Positions 16,645 through 17,401 of a stretch of DNA of 17,401 nt are shown here, one piece after another. A program made the translations under genes and the position numbers. Source of the DNA: an uncultured archaeon (GTDB lineage: Archaea > Asgardarchaeota > Lokiarchaeia > Sigyniarchaeales > SOKP01); the NCBI GenBank assembly GCA_964632315.1, contig CAZWEM010000067.1, positions 1 to 17,401 of the forward strand. Reading direction: 5' to 3'. Position 1 is the stretch's first letter; the number at the start of each line of letters is the position of its first letter. The notes below the pieces were generated by a model. That model did no database searches. It saw only the letters and a list, made by a program, of their open reading frames with translations, and had not been told where the DNA came from.

Positions 16645-16770
16645 TCTTATACTCGCTCAATGAATCTTAAAATTATATGACCATACCTAGCATTACTTAT
16701 ATTTTTTCCGTCAGATATTAAAGCATTTTCATCCAAGAATAAAATTTTTAAACTTATATTTATTTCATAC

Positions 16771-16778
16771 TATATAAA
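16771..16778 (+). promoter_or_regulatory. Putative TATA box of tRNA-Asp
   Basis: TATATAAA centred about 26 nt upstream of the mature tRNA 5' end. Confidence 0.5.
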
Positions 16779-16800
16779 AAACTGTGAGTACTCATTACGT

Positions 16801-16937
16801 GCCCACATAGTGTAGTCCGGTCCAGCATTCAATGCGATTTTGTTCATTTGCATGTGCAAGGGACTGTCACTCCTGCGACCCGGGTTCAAATCCGCGCATG
16901 AAGACCATTCGCGATGAAAATCCCGGTGTGGGCGCCA
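16801..16937 (+). tRNA. tRNA-Asp(GUC) with two introns: 27/28 (16831..16859, 29 nt) and 59/60 (16891..16920, 30 nt); CCA encoded
   Basis: The spliced form GCCCACA TA GTGT AGTCCGGTCCA GCAT T CGGGA CT-GTC-AC TCCTG CGAC CCGGG TTCAAAT CCCGG TGTGGGC G CCA gives a complete cloverleaf. Anticodon at 16866..16868. Confidence 0.93.
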
Positions 16938-17120
16938 TTTCACGACTCGTTTTAATTCAATAATGATTTTTATTCTCATATGGATGTGTGATCGTTCAAA
17001 GACCCTTTAAAACCTTATGATTTTTCAACTTTAAAGATTAAATCTTTTTAAGGCATACTGAATTAACTATATTTAACACATAAATTCATTTCAAAAATTA
17101 TAAATAGAGTTGAACAGATA

Positions 17121-17401
17121 ATGGTAGACGAAGCTTTATTAAAGGAAGTTAAAGAAAAAATGGATGCCGGCGCTGCCGCATCAGACGTTAATGATACTCT
17201 TAAGGTTTATGAGCTCTTCAAACAAGTCGCTGAAGAGAATGAGGATTTAAAAGAAGAGCTTGAGGATATGGACATTGCAATCCAAATGGACATCACTGAT
17301 GCCGGTAAGAAATTCTGGCTTAAAGCCCACGATGGAACAATGGAATTCGGCGAAGGATCCATTGACAATCCGTCCTTTACCTTTTCAGCTACAAAAGAAG
17401 T
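17121..17401 (+). CDS. SCP2 domain protein, 3'-truncated by the window edge (absent from the ORF track)
   Basis: Manual translation MVDEALLKEVKEKMDAGAAASDVNDTLKVYELFKQVAEENEDLKEELEDMDIAIQMDITDAGKKFWLKAHDGTMEFGEGSIDNPSFTFSATKE aligns with the N-terminal half of 15502..15927. Confidence 0.85.
   Translation, partial: MVDEALLKEVKEKMDAGAAASDVNDTLKVYELFKQVAEENEDLKEELEDMDIAIQMDITDAGKKFWLKAHDGTMEFGEGSIDNPSFTFSATKE

Noticed and set aside
9613-16663. Overlapping ORFs 9613..9798, 10269..10502, 10371..10589, 10827..11051, 11334..11582, 15212..15394 and 16427..16663
   Set aside because: Shadows of real genes. The similarity between 9613..9798 and 10371..10589 only mirrors the paralogy of the sense genes.
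79-16800. tRNA-anchored integrated element or genomic island
   Set aside because: No integrase, transposase, duplicated tRNA 3' end or obvious compositional break was seen.
16770-16979. 69-aa minus-strand ORF
   Set aside because: It is the antisense reading of the intron-containing tRNA-Asp gene.
1-17401. CRISPR array or rRNA
   Set aside because: No regularly spaced direct repeats and no long GC-rich structured RNA beyond the three tRNAs.

Overview
AT-rich archaeal window that most likely comes from an Asgard archaeon (Lokiarchaeia-like). This is inferred from bulge-helix-bulge tRNA introns, Roadblock- and longin-like genes, several SCP2 paralogs and a CPxC...HHF hypothetical family. Contents from left to right: (1) a truncated tRNA-Phe(GAA) and a decayed AT-rich stretch; (2) two hypothetical genes; (3) a Thermotoga-type inositol catabolism cluster (iolM, iolO, iolN) with an extra Zn-dependent dehydrogenase, an SLC49/FLVCR-like MFS transporter and a secreted C45-like Ntn hydrolase; (4) a head-to-head pair of paralogous 2TM-winged-helix-zinc-ribbon genes; (5) a co-oriented longin-like, Roadblock-like and soluble LRR-TIR-coiled-coil trio, the best candidate for an undescribed immune or signalling system; (6) tRNA-Arg(UCG), a PH/GRAM-like gene, three SCP2 genes, a SAM methyltransferase and tRNA-Asp(GUC). 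The three tRNAs carry four introns, all at non-canonical positions (22/23, 45/46, 27/28 and 59/60). All family calls come from motif recognition by eye; no searches were run.
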